The position numbers and the translations under genes were made by a program. The notes below the pieces were generated by a model. That model was not told the DNA's origin. It was given only the letters and a program-made list of their open reading frames with translations, and ran no database searches. Below, one piece after another: positions 10,699 through 24,921 of a stretch of DNA of 64,000 nucleotides (positions are counted from its first letter, which is position 1; each line of letters begins with the position of its first letter). The DNA is from Trichosphaerium sp. ATCC 40318 (Eukaryota; Protista; Tubulinea): assembly GCA_038496445.1 (NCBI GenBank), contig JALMLS010000370.1:1-64000 (forward strand). Direction: 5' to 3'.

Positions 10699-12635
10699 AT
10701 GCAGGGCGTTCCGCCTGAGATTTTATGTCATATTGCCCGGTTTTGTACGTTAGATACCGTCAAAGCACTAAGACTAGCAGATAAATATTCAAGGGACAGT
10801 TTAAATCATTTACGCATTGTCCGCGTAGGTAGATGTTTTCTATAGCGTATTAATACCTTTTCAGGCTTGTTTGCGTCCACACGTCTTAGAATTCTTTAAA
10901 CGGTTTACATTAAATCCTAGATGGATTTCTGACATTGTCGAGTTACCGTCTGGCCTAGTACGCTCCTTTATTTGCAATATTCAACTGATCTAAGAAAATC
11001 AATAACTTTTTCCAAACAGCTCATGGTTGTCGATTTTACAGGTCATACAATATACACTATGGATAAACTTGGTAAAATAACGGTTAAAATTGGGTGTGGT
11101 AAAAAACAATCAGTAACAATATACAAAGACGGATCATTCAAAAACGCACGTTTTTATTTCCCACATTCTTTATTAGTGGGAAATAAAGGTAATATATACC
11201 TTACAGACTGTGGTAACCGTGTTGTGAGACATATAGGTAAAACACATCTTCACATATAACCTTATCTTCACCGTCTATATTATGATTTAAATGGTGATTT
11301 ATTGGTAACAGTAGAGTTTTCATCAAAGATATTTCGATGTAACTTAAAAAAGAAACACAACTTGAATACAAGCTAATACGAAAAATGTTTAAGTGTTTCA
11401 TCCACACTAACTTATGCAACACACCAAAACCGGTATACTATATGTCTTGAGACTTGATACTAAACGGTGGCCATCGAAGGGTGAACATAGAACAATATCA
11501 CGTGTCATTGATTGTAAAGTTGAAGATGTCTATACTCATGCCACGTGCATATATCCTATGAAGTTTGATGTTATAGGTAACTTGTACTTTGGGGCACAAG
11601 ATGGATTCTTCCAGATGGTAATAGAAGAAGACATACATCGTGTTTTTAAGATACAAACAAAACCGAGTATAACGAATGTAACTGCTTTTTGTGTCACTCT
11701 CTTGATAAATTATCTGTTTTTAAGGAAAATGGAAAAACAAGGGATAAGATATCATATGTCAGTTTAGCAGAACTGTGACACTTTTTTACTTTTTCACAAC
11801 TGATCATACAATATACACTATGGCAAACTTGGTAAAATAACGGAACTTTGATATGGGAACCAAAAATCAGTGCAATTACATTTTCGGATGTTCAAAAACG
11901 CACGTTTTTATTGCCCACATTCTTTGTTAGTGGGAATAAAAGTAATGTAACCTTCAACTGTGGTAACGTATTGCATAGGTATCTTCACATATAACCTTGT
12001 CTTCACCAACCAATTATGACTTAAAACTTATCCTTTGATTATGCTTCTTTACTCAGATATGAGGAAAGCTTCAGTGTCAACATTAGAATATTAGTTTCCA
12101 AAAGCCCAAGTAGTCTACTTATGATTTAAATGGTGATTTATTGGTAACAGTAGAGTTTTCATCAAAGATATTTCGATGTAACTTAAAAAAAGAAACACAA
12201 CTTGAATACAAGCTAATACGAGAAAAAAAAGAAGAATTTCATCCACATAACTTGGCAGTACACCCTAAAACCGGTATACTATACGTCTTGAGACTTGATA
12301 CTAAACGGTGGCCATCGAAGGGTGAACATAGAACAATATCACGTGTCATTGATTGTAAAGTTGAAGATGTCTATACTCATGCCACGTGCATATATCCTAT
12401 GAAGTGTGATGTTATAGGTAACTTGTACTTTGGGGCACAAGATGGATTCTTTCAGATGGTAATAGAAGAAGACATACATCGTGTTTTTAAGATACAAACA
12501 AAACCAAGTATAACGAATGTTACTGCTTTTTGTATCAACTCTCTTGATAAAAAGATTATTGCTGTTTTTAAGGAAAATGGAAAAACTAGGGATGAAGATA
12601 AACCATATGTCATGTTTAGCATGAACTGTCACTAA
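10699..12635 (+). pseudogene. F-box + NHL-repeat protein, partly duplicated and garbled
   Basis: N-terminus MQGVPPEILCHIARFC (F-box-like). NHL motif DGSFKNARFYFPHSLLVGNKGNIYLTDCGNRVVR. The 3' part is present twice (about 11280-11760 and 12120-12620) with frameshifts between. Confidence 0.65.
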
Positions 12636-13224
12636 AAAAAAGTAACAACTTGTTCACTAGCAGTTTCACAAACCGAACCGAAAACAAATGAATGAAGATG
12701 TGGAACATTTCAAGCGTTTGGTTGGACTGAACAAGACTGTCAATATCGAAGGACACAATAGAAAACAACAACAACAATGGCGAGTAGCAATCAAAACATC
12801 CCCTCACCCTCCCTAAAATCCTTTTTCTTTTTCTTGTAAAAAATTATTTCTTTATTTTTCCTTCAAACACATTTGCAATTCACACGAGCGTTCTTAAATG
12901 TAGAATAAATCCGCTCGTGTGGCTACACTAGAGCCACCAAAGACTGAGCGTCTTTCCTCCCAAGCGCGTCTCCCTTATATTGACAACGTTGTCCAATCTA
13001 ACACCAAAAAAATAAAACGAAAAAGATTGCAATGTTGCAACCTTCAACTGAACTCTACGGAACTTTGATATTAAGGGAACCACGAAAAGGATTTATTGTA
13101 TTTACATTTTCATGTTGTTGCCACGTGCTCACCTAGTTTAGTCCTGAAAACAGTCCGAAATTTTGTTTGTTTCAATAAAAGTCAACTAAGTCAGTCAAGT
13201 GTCATTTCGTATTGGTTTGGTGGC

Positions 13225-16200
13225 ATGTTACGCGTTTTACAACGTACACGCGTTGTTTTAAGACAAAGAGCAGGTATCTACCACTTAAAACTTATCCTTT
13301 GGTTATGCTTCTTTACTCAGTACACACACGCTTCTTTGGTGGAGTCGCTGGAATGTGAGTTTCTGTAATTGAGCTCAAAAAATACTTATTTTCGTTGTAC
13401 ATGCATTAACACCATACAGCCGACCCATACGGACAAACCAGGAGCGTTCATGTTGAAACAAATCCACTTCTCGCCGAAAAGGGCTTACCACGCTTCGCAG
13501 ACTTTGAAGTACGTATAAACGAGCATATTGAGCTTATTAACGTCATTTTAGGCATCCCACGTTGAACCTGCTGTTACGAAAATGCTAGAGGACGCAACAT
13601 CCATACTAAAGGACGTTGAAGCTAACGCAGAACCGTCTTTCGGTATATTTAACAAGCTAGAAAAAATAGACGTCCTTCTAGAGGTAATTTAAACAAAATT
13701 ACTGTTCAGCTACTAAATACGTCACATATAGCGTGTATGGGGTCCTGTAAACCATTTGCTAATGGTAAAAAATAATGAGGAACTCCGTGAAGCTCACGGG
13801 AAAGTACGAATTGTTCAGCTTTTTTTTGCAAAAAAAAGATGTTTTCTTATCAACTTTTTGGTTGTCTTGCGCAATGTCTATATCATTTTGTATTTGAAAC
13901 TTAATACTCTTTATACTAAGTAATTATATCTATTAGATGCTTCCGAAAGTAACAGCGTTCGATCTATTACTTCAACAGAGTAAACCTATTTTTAATGTAC
14001 GCTTCATCATAACTCATTTTGAACTTTCCTTGATGTTTGCACTAGGCCATCAAAGCTCTGAATGACACAAAAGCCAGTGAATTTACTCCAGGTCAAAAGC
14101 GTACAATAGAGCTAGCTCTACAAAGCTTTACTTTGAATGGGGTTGGCCTTGATGACGCCAAAAAGGAGGAATTTACAGCCATTAAAAAAGAAATTGCAAA
14201 ACTTCAAACAAAGTTCACAGACAACACCATAGATGCTGTCAAAAAATACGAGCTCGTTTTAAAAAATAAAGAAGATGTGGACGGTAATCATGATTACATA
14301 TTTTATATATTACACGTGCTCATCAAACCTTTTTTCAGGATTACCAAATAGTTCTCTTCAACTTGGTTCTCATACTTATTCCAAACGTCACGAGGGACAA
14401 ACTACGACTGCTGAAGATGGTACGGTAGTTACCTTAACCTAAAATGTTTTCTAAATATTTACTTTAAAGGACCTTGGTCTTTGACTCTCGATGGACCAAG
14501 TTTGATGGGTGTTATGGTAAGAAGAAGAAAGATTTCGGAATATTCAGTTTTTGCTTATTTCTCCTTTTTTTCAGCAATATGCCAATAAGAGAGATTTAAG
14601 AAAGGAGTTAACTATTGCTCGTGCTACTATGGCTTCTTCTGGTGAAGGAGATAATACTCCTTTAATAGAAGATCTATTGAAGCTACGTAAACGTCAAGCA
14701 AATATGCTTGGGTTTGAAAACTACGCACAACTCAGTACTAGCCAAAAGGTACAAAAAAAAATAGAACGAAAAGTTTTGACCTGCCTGTTCATTCTCTGAT
14801 AAACACTTCCAGATGGCAGGTACTCCTGAAGCAGTAGAGAAACTACAAAGTCGCCTCAGGTATGTTTTAACATGTTTATAAAGCAGCAACGAAGTAGAAT
14901 CTCAAACTTTCTTAATTTTTTCTTGCTTTTTGTTGTTTGTTGATTGTGCTGTTCAAAGGGAGGTTTCTTTTGATGCAGGAAAGAAAGAAGTTGAAGAAGT
15001 ACTTAAATTCGCAAAAGAAAACGGATTTGAAGGATCATTAATTGAGCAATGGGATTTTAGATACTGGTCAGAGAAACTTCGTGAAAAAAAGTATGACATC
15101 AATTCTGAAGCTTTGAGACAGTACTTTCCACTTGATACTGTACTTAAAGGTCTTTTTGATCTTGTCAAGAATATATTCAACATAGAGGTAATCACTTTAA
15201 ACCACAAGGGTAGTTATGGTTTACTCACAAAACTTTTCTTCGAAAAACAGGTAAAGCTTTCAACTGAGCCTGTTTCAACATGGCACGAGGATGTCCAATT
15301 CTATGACGTTTATGATGTTGAAACAAGCAAGAAGATTGCTGGGTTCTACTTTGATCCATACACAAGACCTGGCGAGAAGACAGGAGGAGCTTGGATGGAT
15401 ACAGCGCTACATAAGCGAACTGGTATGTTCAAACAAAAAACATATCACTGATGATTTTAGGCACTTATGCTCAGAACCCTGTTGCATACATTAACTGTAA
15501 TGGCTCTCCTCCTCTTGAAGGAAAACCCTCTCTTATGTCATTTGATGATGTTCGTACATTGTTTCACGAGTTTGGTCATGGCCTACAGCACATGCTGACC
15601 ACAGTAGAAGACTACAGAGTACGATCCAAAAAAAATACCTCTTCTACTTGTTGTTCTCATATTCTTTATAGGTGGCTGGTATCAATGGTATAGGTATGTG
15701 TATTAGTAACATTAAAACGTTGTACACTTTATGGATAAGGAGTGTTAACCAGTTTTTTTTTAAGAGTGGGATGCAGTTGAGTTTCCAAGTCAGTTTATGG
15801 AAAATTGGTGTTACCACACGCCAACACTAAAGGCTATTACACGCCATGTCGATACACGTGCGTATAAATCACGAGCACGTGAGTACGAATAATAGTCTTA
15901 TAAAAACATATAGAGGAATCTATCCCTGATGAGTTGATTAAGAAGTTAAAGGATGCCAGAACTTTTGGAGCAGCATCTCATATCCTAAGACAGCTAAAGT
16001 TTGGTAAACCTTTTTTTCCATCTTATTTCCTCCACTATTTTTCTTGATGTATTAATGTACACTTGAAGGGCTTGTTGATATGGAGCTATACTCTAGGTTC
16101 GATCCATTTGGAAATGAAAGTGTTTGGGATACTCAAAAACGTATTTTCGAGCAAACACAGCATTTTCCAACACTTGAACAAGACAAATTTTTATGTCAAT

Positions 16201-16515
16201 TTCAACATATCTTTTCAAGTACGTTTTCAACAACACGTGATTGACTGGTTCATAAAAAGACTTACATTTAAAATAATAGGTGAGTATGCTGCTGGATACT
16301 TTAGTTACTTTTGGGCTGAGGTAATGAGCGCAGACGCGTTTGAAACGTTTGAAGAAGTGCTAGATTCTGCTGAAAAGACAAGGCAATTTGGACGTAAATT
16401 CCGAGATACAGTACTTAGCCTTGGTGGTAGTGTTCATCCTATGGATGTATTCAAGAGTTTGACAAACAGAGAACCTAGTACAGACGCACTATTACGGCGA
16501 TCTGGGTTATTGTAA
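13225..16515 (+). CDS. Oligopeptidase A (peptidase M3A), likely organelle-targeted
   Basis: [75 protein letters not shown]; Arg-rich N-terminus. Confidence 0.95.
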
Positions 16516-16741
16516 GCTTACAAAAACCAATACACAAAATTTGTAGTTTTCCAAAAAAAAACCCACTTAACTTCGTCCACTGGGGTTTTTTTTTTGAAAT
16601 TAGTAGCGCTGTGTCTTGCCATAGGTTCAGGAACCACTCCTGGATTATCGCTGGCCGCTTTAAACGTCTTTTTCGTGAGCTGTTTATCTTCGTTGACTGC
16701 CTTTCTTGAAATTGTTTTTATTTTGACTTGTGACTGTTACC

Positions 16742-17502
16742 ATGACACATAACATTGAAGAGAATGCGTACAATAAGATAATGCTGCACTGTGTGAAATA
16801 CCCGGAGCACCGTGTTAATGGTATTTTGCTTGGTACATCAAAATCAGGACAAGCGGTCGTAAAAGACGCTGTGGCCTTGTTTCATGGTCCAACTTTTCGA
16901 TCGAGCTTTGAAGCTGCCATGCTATTGGTAATTAGTCGTATTCGCTCTATTTACGCTCATTTCTGCCCATAGATTGAGACAATAAGTAAACAAAAGGGTC
17001 TACAAATTGTAGGCTATTATCACGCAAACGAGCAACTCACAGACCCATCACTGGGCGTAGAAGCAAAGAAAATAGCTGATAAAATTTTAACATTGTACAA
17101 AAACAGTATTATCCTCCTGGTACGCCACCAAACCCTCTTAAATAACCGCTACAAACATTATAAGCAAATAAAAATAACATTAAACAAAATGACTTACACG
17201 TCAACAGGTAAACAACAGTAACCTCACAATTCACAGCGAAATGAACGAATCAGAGACATTACAGGCACGACTAACACGAAAAAAAAAAAAAAAAAAAAGG
17301 AAACAAAAAATGTTAATTACGCGCGTAGCTGTTTGTTAAAAAGGATAATATATGGCTAGCTGATAAGGAGACTATCTCAATAGAGAATTCAGCGGCTCTA
17401 TTGACTAAATACGTTCACGACAATATATTTTTGAAGTTAAACGATTTTGATGATCACATGGATGATATTAGCAGACCTTGGCCTAATGATGGATTAATAT
17501 AA
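16742..17502 (+). CDS. EMC8: ER membrane protein complex subunit 8/9 (UPF0172)
   Basis: AYNKIMLHCVKYPEHRVNGILLG, IVGYYHANE, LNDFDDHMDDISRPWPN; GC-AG intron 17265-17328. Confidence 0.92.
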
Positions 17503-17839
17503 TCCGTCGTACACTTGTAGCAAAACAAAAAAAAAAAATTCTTCTGGTTTTCCTTGACGTACTTTTTTGGGTTTCGGCTTAGTTCCTTTTAGCTAGTCCG
17601 TAAATATAACTTTGTGAACATATTTGGTCTCAAAATGACATTTGAGGAGGTCTTAACAAGCATAAGTCGTGCCTATTTATCACGTGATTTTTGTGAGATA
17701 AAAAAGACATCGAGAAAAAAAGTGCACAGCTTTTCTTTCTTTTTCAGAGCAGACCAAGGCTTTTACTCGCTCGTAAATCATTCACAATAGCTACTGGTTT
17801 TGTCCCTAAGAAGAGCGAGGTTCACCTACAATAATATAA

Positions 17840-18221
17840 CCAACACGTGTATGCATCAAGTCAATTCTTCCTATCCTCAGGTCTGAAAAATCAAGTGTTC
17901 CAATGTTACCATAAAGTACAAGTCCATGAGCTCCTCTTAGGTTATTTAGACGCTTTTGTTTGATTGGAAACTTGACACAGATTGTTTGATGAGAATCGGT
18001 GCTTCTTTGAATACCTTTTTTAATCTTTTTGTTGTTTTAATAACAATTCTGTCACTTCTATTGTTAGTGTATTTTAGGTGTTTTACAGCAATCTCAGCAA
18101 GTAATTCTGAGGTGAGTGCTACATTATGCATTCCTTGATGAGATACATTGCTCAGAATGTGAACAATGATTTCAATTGGAATTTCATCCAAGAGTGACGC
18201 TTTGTCTTCTTTTTCGTTCAT
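17840..18221 (-). pseudogene. F-box (LRR-like) gene, frameshifted or truncated
   Basis: LLDEIPIEIIVHILSNV F-box. Coding-like continuation (RLNNLRGAHGLVLYGNIGTLDFSDLRI) lies in another frame. Confidence 0.5.
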
Positions 18222-20348
18222 TAGTATGCTACTAGGCTTGTTTCCTCTATTTTAGTCTGCAATTGCGCTATTTTGAAGCTTGGGTACGTAGAGAACTTTT
18301 TGCTAAGTAGTTGAAAACTAAAAAAAAATTCGTTGTGGTTCACAAATGTTCGCTAGCAACTTCATATTACGGCTACAAGCAGACACAGTGCTGTTAAACG
18401 TACTACAAATGTACTAGTAACCAAAAACTATCACATGGCTGTAAATTCGTAAAAAACTGAAAAACGTGCTTTTTTTGATAATTTTCGTTCGAATGGTAAA
18501 CAGTTTCTGAAAGCCAAAGTCACTTTTCAATGGTGTCTTACTATACACACAGTATCTTACATTGTGTCACGAAACTCCTGGGTTCAACTACAGATTTCAA
18601 CGTAAAATATGGCAGACCGCAACCGCCTGTTTCTAAGGCAACGGAAATACATTTCCCTATATCTAGAAAGGGTGGTACCAAAGTTTCAAAACAGGCCTTG
18701 CTGGTCTACCCAATCTTTACACGAAACAAAATAAAAACGTTTTTGGTAAGATACAAATACACACCAAACTTTAGGACATGTGATTCTATGCGTAGAAAAG
18801 AACAATAAGAAGAACTTACCTCGTTTATTCCAATTAGTCGTATCCACAGCACTCAAATATGTATATTAATTCCACTACAACCTATTTAGTACTATAGTGA
18901 CCTGCAAGAGTAAACAAGTGGTAGTGGTTCACGAAAAGTACATTTTACAGTTTTTTAACGCAAAAATGTGTCAACAAAGTTCTTGAATTAATTTCGCAGT
19001 TAGGTGCAATTATTGTACACTCTAAGTTTGCTCAATATGTTCTAAACGTATTATACATGCAGGTTATACTTATCAACTACTTAGCAAAAAGTTCTCTAGT
19101 GATGCTACAGTGACGTGTGATGGATGTAAAAGATATTCAGTCCATGTTCAGCAAATGAAAACAACTTGCATGAAAGTGAACTTTCGTTGTATGAAACTTC
19201 CACGTGTATTGCTGAAAAAATGTTTAATATGGTCTTTGTGGAAAAGGTATAATTTAAGGACAATTGTAGTATGAGAGGTTTCTGTTGACTTTTGGCGTAG
19301 TATTTATTTCTGAAGTAGTACGGAATTTATATTCAGGTTCACATATGCATGCGCAATGTGACAAGTATTGCCATTACATTGGCAGATACTGTAACAAATG
19401 CAGCGGCGTACTGGTAAAAAGAAAGGCTGATACACCGTAAGCCATGTTTCCATGAATTGCTGCCATAACAACAACAGTAGAAGTGCCTATGTAAGCTCAA
19501 TTTTACTACGTTGACTACAAACAAACGTCAATCATCAATTAAATATGCCTGCATTGGCGTATTTACACCCTTATACATTCATCTGTGGACCACCACATTT
19601 ACTGGTTTCTGGAGTACGAACGCCAGACAGCGCTGTTATACTTTCATCTGTAATACGAAAACAAAGACCAAGACTAATAGTATGAATGTAGTCTATACTT
19701 TCAAACTACATTCACAAGGACTTCCATCTGGTGCTAGGGATAAAACATGCTACAATATTTTAAACATGATTGATCCGTTGGTACTGACAGTGCCGAAAAC
19801 TCTTCCGTGAGTATTATCCCTTTGTGCATCTCTATCTATTATACACTGTACTATTTCAATCATGACACTAGAGGTAAACTACTCTGCAATATTGTCAAAA
19901 TTAGGTATCAATCACTTGGCACTCAGACCTAAGGTAAAGATTATATTCGGAAGTAGCAGAACAAGAAAACAAAAATTGTAATATCTATGAGCTCCTGTGA
20001 CAACAGAGTTAGGCCATCGGTTTTTTGCGGACGTATGTTTGCCACCCTTTTTATTTGCAGTCAGCTGTTTGTATGTATGCCACAAAACAGGTAGTATAGT
20101 TCTTATACAATAACTGTTTGGCGCTAAAACAACATATCACGTGTTCCTTTTTACGATGTTTGTATGTTTCGTCGATTCCTCTAATCGCATGAGTACCGTT
20201 TTTAGTGAGTCAACGTACGGCCTACAGCATGTCAGTGACTGAGCCCGTTCTATGGTCTCATAGACTGCGTGTAAATATACCTGAGCTTAAGTAAATGCTC
20301 AGTCACAGCTATTCTTTTTGTTCAAAGAAAGTCTAAATTAAAGTCTAC

Positions 20349-23300
20349 ATGGGCAACAGACAAACCAAACCTCCAATCAAACCTGTGGTTCAACCACGCG
20401 TTCTCACTGCAGAAGAGAAAAAGAAGCAGTTGCTGCTATTGCGTACGCGTTTATAACAGTTTTATTTGAAAAAGCCTTCACTACCACGCTTGATACAGTA
20501 GCTTGGTTATTGACGCATTTTGTAGCTCTTGAGCTTTGGTCTCACCATGATTTGTACAATTGGATCAGTTTAGAACTCCCTGACACCGACAAAGCGCTAT
20601 TAACCCGTGTAAAGGATTTATTTACGATTTACCGCTTAGAAGCCCACGGTGCTATACAACTCTCAGAGCAGTTATTTAATAGTATAACGGATGATACTGA
20701 ATGGATTAAGAAAGCACAAGCGTCTTTACAAGGTATTTTTGGTCACAACCATTTTTGTTTTCGCTGAAAACTAAATTTGGCTTAACCACGTTCCCCTTAA
20801 GTACTGGATGACTTGGTAGACGATATACGGAAAGGAATGATAGATATGGAGGGAAAAGAGAACCCACAGACAAAGTATAAAGATGATGTTTATGACATTC
20901 CAAAAGAAGCAATCGACCTTATACAATTTTATCACAAAGCCACTTGGTACGACAACCACCATCATTTTATTTACAAGACCATAAGGTAGTACTCGTTACA
21001 ATTGCCAAGCAATAACTGCGAGAATACGAAAAGCTTAAAAACACGTGCTTTTGTTCAGAAATTGAACGATGGATTCAAAATTTTTCCTCTAGTTTTTTCG
21101 TCTTCTGTTCTCACTGTTTTTTAGGAATTCAACTAAAGGAGGTACTGTTTTGTTAGTTGTAATAAGAAGCTTAACAAAAATACAGGAGCTAGAAGTATGC
21201 GTCGTCACTGGGCGTTTCAGCCACATATCACAAGGTGACTGGTTTTGTACTTAAAAACTAAACCTCATTTTTTCTACAAAGGCGATACTATGGATCACCA
21301 GTGTTTTCTTTACCTATTCCAAAGCCAGCTTTGGAGCCTTACTTTGATATGTGTTCAGGATCACTAGATCCAGTACCTATAAACATAGATAGCATCTCAA
21401 AATTCTTGTACAACTCTATGGCTTGCTCAGCGCACAAAGATGTATTCTCAAGTACATTTCTGACCAAAAAAAAAAAACGAATCATTTTTTTACTTACTTT
21501 TTGACCTCCAACAGTGCTTGGTATGCCAAAGAGTTCATGGTGTAAACGTGTTAATCCTAGCAGGTTCGTTACCATAGTCTTTGGAGGTAGTTCAGTCTCT
21601 AACTTCTTCACTAGTGGAGGTCTTCATCCAGTTGAAAGCTATTTACTGTTATCACCAGAACATTACTCTCTTTGTGATATTGATACACCAGAATCAATCG
21701 ATCAAGTCTTCAAACAAAATAAGAAAGCGGCTGCTTTAATGCATTATACACCAAAGATTCATGGTCTCGAACTCAGGTTTGTGACACAAACGTTTTTATT
21801 GACAACTTATTTTTGATAAAGAGCTGAAATGTGTTCAAACCATCTGTCTAAATTGAATATTCCAAAACAAGCCTTTGCTGTTTTGTTGACCTCAGTTAAC
21901 TGGAGAGAAGTATGGAAATATGGAGAGAGAGGTTTTAGATATACTCAGCTCGATATTGGTCATGCTATAGGGTAAACAGGTCGAGTCGACAAGTTTAGAA
22001 ATGACAATTTTGAATTTTTTTTATTTTGGAACTAAACTATTTAGAGCGCTTGTCATGGCAGCACTACTCAATGGTAACACGCCAATACTGTAAACCCACG
22101 TATTCATTACTGTATTGTAGGGTGGCATTATGCTGTCGTTGATGTTGCAGACGATGTATTGCTTGATTTGCTTCAATTAGACTATTCCAAACAGCGGCCT
22201 GGTGAGATTGAGTACCCAGCTGTAGCACTCATATTCTCTGCGTGTACGTATACTATGAGTAAAAACCAATACATTTTGTTTATCTTACATGGTTCTAGCA
22301 CCAATCGAAGTTAACAAGGATACACAAAATCCTGCTGATGAAACCTTCGAAACTACTCTTTTTGGAGAACTCAACCAATTATCTTTTGCATACCACACGT
22401 ACGATTTTTCATTAGTAGTAATAAATACTATTCTCTATGAACTCTTACAATATTTCTAAGGTGGGATATTGTTGAAGCTGTCACACGTGCAACAACACGT
22501 GAGAAAACTGATAAATCAATAACCTTTAAAGTGTCTGAAGAAAAGCGAAAGATACCCGAAGAATGGCAGAACCTTTGTGCCAAAGCAAGTCATGATGTCT
22601 TACGCTTTCGGAGATCAGTTCTTTCTTTTGACCCACACTGTACGCATATTTATTATTATTATACGGGAACTGGATTGTGAGCGTTATTAACATTCAAAAA
22701 ACAGCACCAGTGTTGATGAAAAAGGAGGAGTGTTGTGCTATTCTTAGCGGAACTTTGCACTCGTTTTACGATAGATACTGGTCTCCAACGTCTTCTTGGG
22801 GTATCAATGTACATTTGGCTCTTTTTATACAACGTGTAGACGGTTTACAACCGGGCTATTATATTCTGACTAGGTACACAAAAAAAAGAAGCTATTTTCG
22901 AAACAAGTTTTTTTTGTGTACTAACACCCTCAACAAAGGACTGGGGATAGCGTCGAGAAAATACAATCTTTATCGAAAGATAACGGGTCACCTACATGGG
23001 AACAAGTACCAAATACACCAGAAGGATTTCACTTGCACTTCATAAAACCAGCTAAAGTGTACGAACAAAAAAGTTGTAACTCGACTGAAAGTCGTTTTTT
23101 TTTTTTGATTTTTTGGAAAACCGGAAAAAAAAAGCGTTCAACGGATTGTTTTTTTGTTTATTTCGGTTTTAGGGAACTTTTGAGTACTATTGCTAGCGTT
23201 GCGAGTTGTACGCAAGATATTTCGAGAGACTGCTCCTTCACTATCGCGATGTTTGCGGATATGACCGGAATGCTTCAGAAACTACCTCCTTACGCATACA

Positions 23301-23752
23301 GGTACGTTATACAAGCGATGAAAGTCGATAAAACGGCAAAAATCAAAAGAAAACAGACCAATTCTTACAGAAAAAGGAAAAATCAAAAAAAAAAACCAAA
23401 AACTTCGTTTTGTTTTGAGTCTTGTTCTCTTGTCTTTACTCTATTAGGGTTCTACACTGGCAAGCTGGAATGATCGGTAATATGTTATACCATCAAGCAT
23501 ACGCATACGGATTTGGAGCAACTGGTATGGGATGTTATCTAGACGACATTGCCTTGGACGAGGTATGAAAATATATAGCCGATAAAAAAAAAGTTTTCGT
23601 TCTAACCTTTTTATATCAAGTTCTTCCTCACCAAAAGTATGAAATCCTTGTATCATTTTAGTGTTGGTGTTCCTGTTAAAGAAGATCGATACAAGACATA
23701 CAATTACGAGCTAGAAATGGGTGCATTAGCACAATCACTGCAGAGAAAATAG
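20349..23752 (+). CDS. SagB/ThcOx-type double nitroreductase-domain protein with N-terminal extension
   Basis: Spliced motifs RVNPSSGGLHPVESY, WREVWKYGERGFRYTQLDIGHA, RFRRSVLSFD, QRVDGLQPGYY, SCTQDISRD, GATGMGCYLDD, LYHFSVG. Confidence 0.9.
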
Positions 23753-24921
23753 AAGTTCATAAATAACGTCATTGTACACGTGCTTTTTTAAAAACCTTAT
23801 TACGGAGTCTGTTGTGGTTTTTTTTTTCGATAATAAATTACTTCATACTCTTTGACTTGAATAAGGTTACTACACGCAGTTTATTTATCCACAAAGCCCG
23901 TTCTTTTGGATTTTCTGACACTTTTTTTTGTGTGGTGTCATGTCCATATAAATGTTGTTCTGCGCGACGTCACACTACTGTATTGCCTCTGGTTGGGTTA
24001 ATACCGCGTATAGAAATATTAGCTTTTCTGGTCTAGCCTATATCCTCATTAAGCGAACGCCTCTACGTGGAGAATGTAGTATCCACTAAATCAATAAAAA
24101 GATTCCCTATTCTTTCTCTTTTCTTTAGTTTTTTTTTTTTTCGAAAAACAATGTCTCTAAACTTGGCTTACTTTTGGTTCCCTTGTAGTTTTTCGTACTG
24201 CTAAATTAGTACAAAAACTTCAAAAAAACCGTTACGCTTTTTATGTCAGGTCATTGACTATCGTAAGAATGTGACGACTGTTCGATTTCTTTTTTGAATT
24301 ACAAGTTGGGAAAAACTGTTTCGTCATCTTTTACCGTCTAACAGCCACAAAAAGTACCTTACAGTACTCACTATGTAATATCTACGCTGTTTGGGCTATA
24401 AACAAGGCTTTTCCGTGAGATTTTCGCGAATGACAATACCAGAAAAAAATGAATAGAACGTAGGCTTGTATAGTTTAGATATATAATTTAACGGTATTTT
24501 GGTACATGTCTTATTTTACGAACTTGTCGACAACGATTTGACAGGAACAAAATCTATTTTCTGGTATACGTTAAAACTCATCAAAACATTACCATTGGTA
24601 TGAAAAACAGTCAAATAACCAAAAATAGGAATTATATGTGTAGCAAACCTTACTTCTAAATCCAGCAATACCAGAAAAAAAATACTTTGAAAAAAAAAAG
24701 GATGTCTCATTGAGGTAAGAATAACACCACGTGTATAAAGGCTACGCGATAAACACAAACATATACGAATTATTAAGTTTCAAAGTTGTTATTATTTGTA
24801 CTTTACATCCACATTATTTTACAACCATTCCCATTAAACCATTATTAAATTCAATTCCGTTTTTGGTTTTTTCACATTTTTTTTTTCTTTTTTAGCTTCT
24901 TTTTGCAAAGAGAGAACTCTC

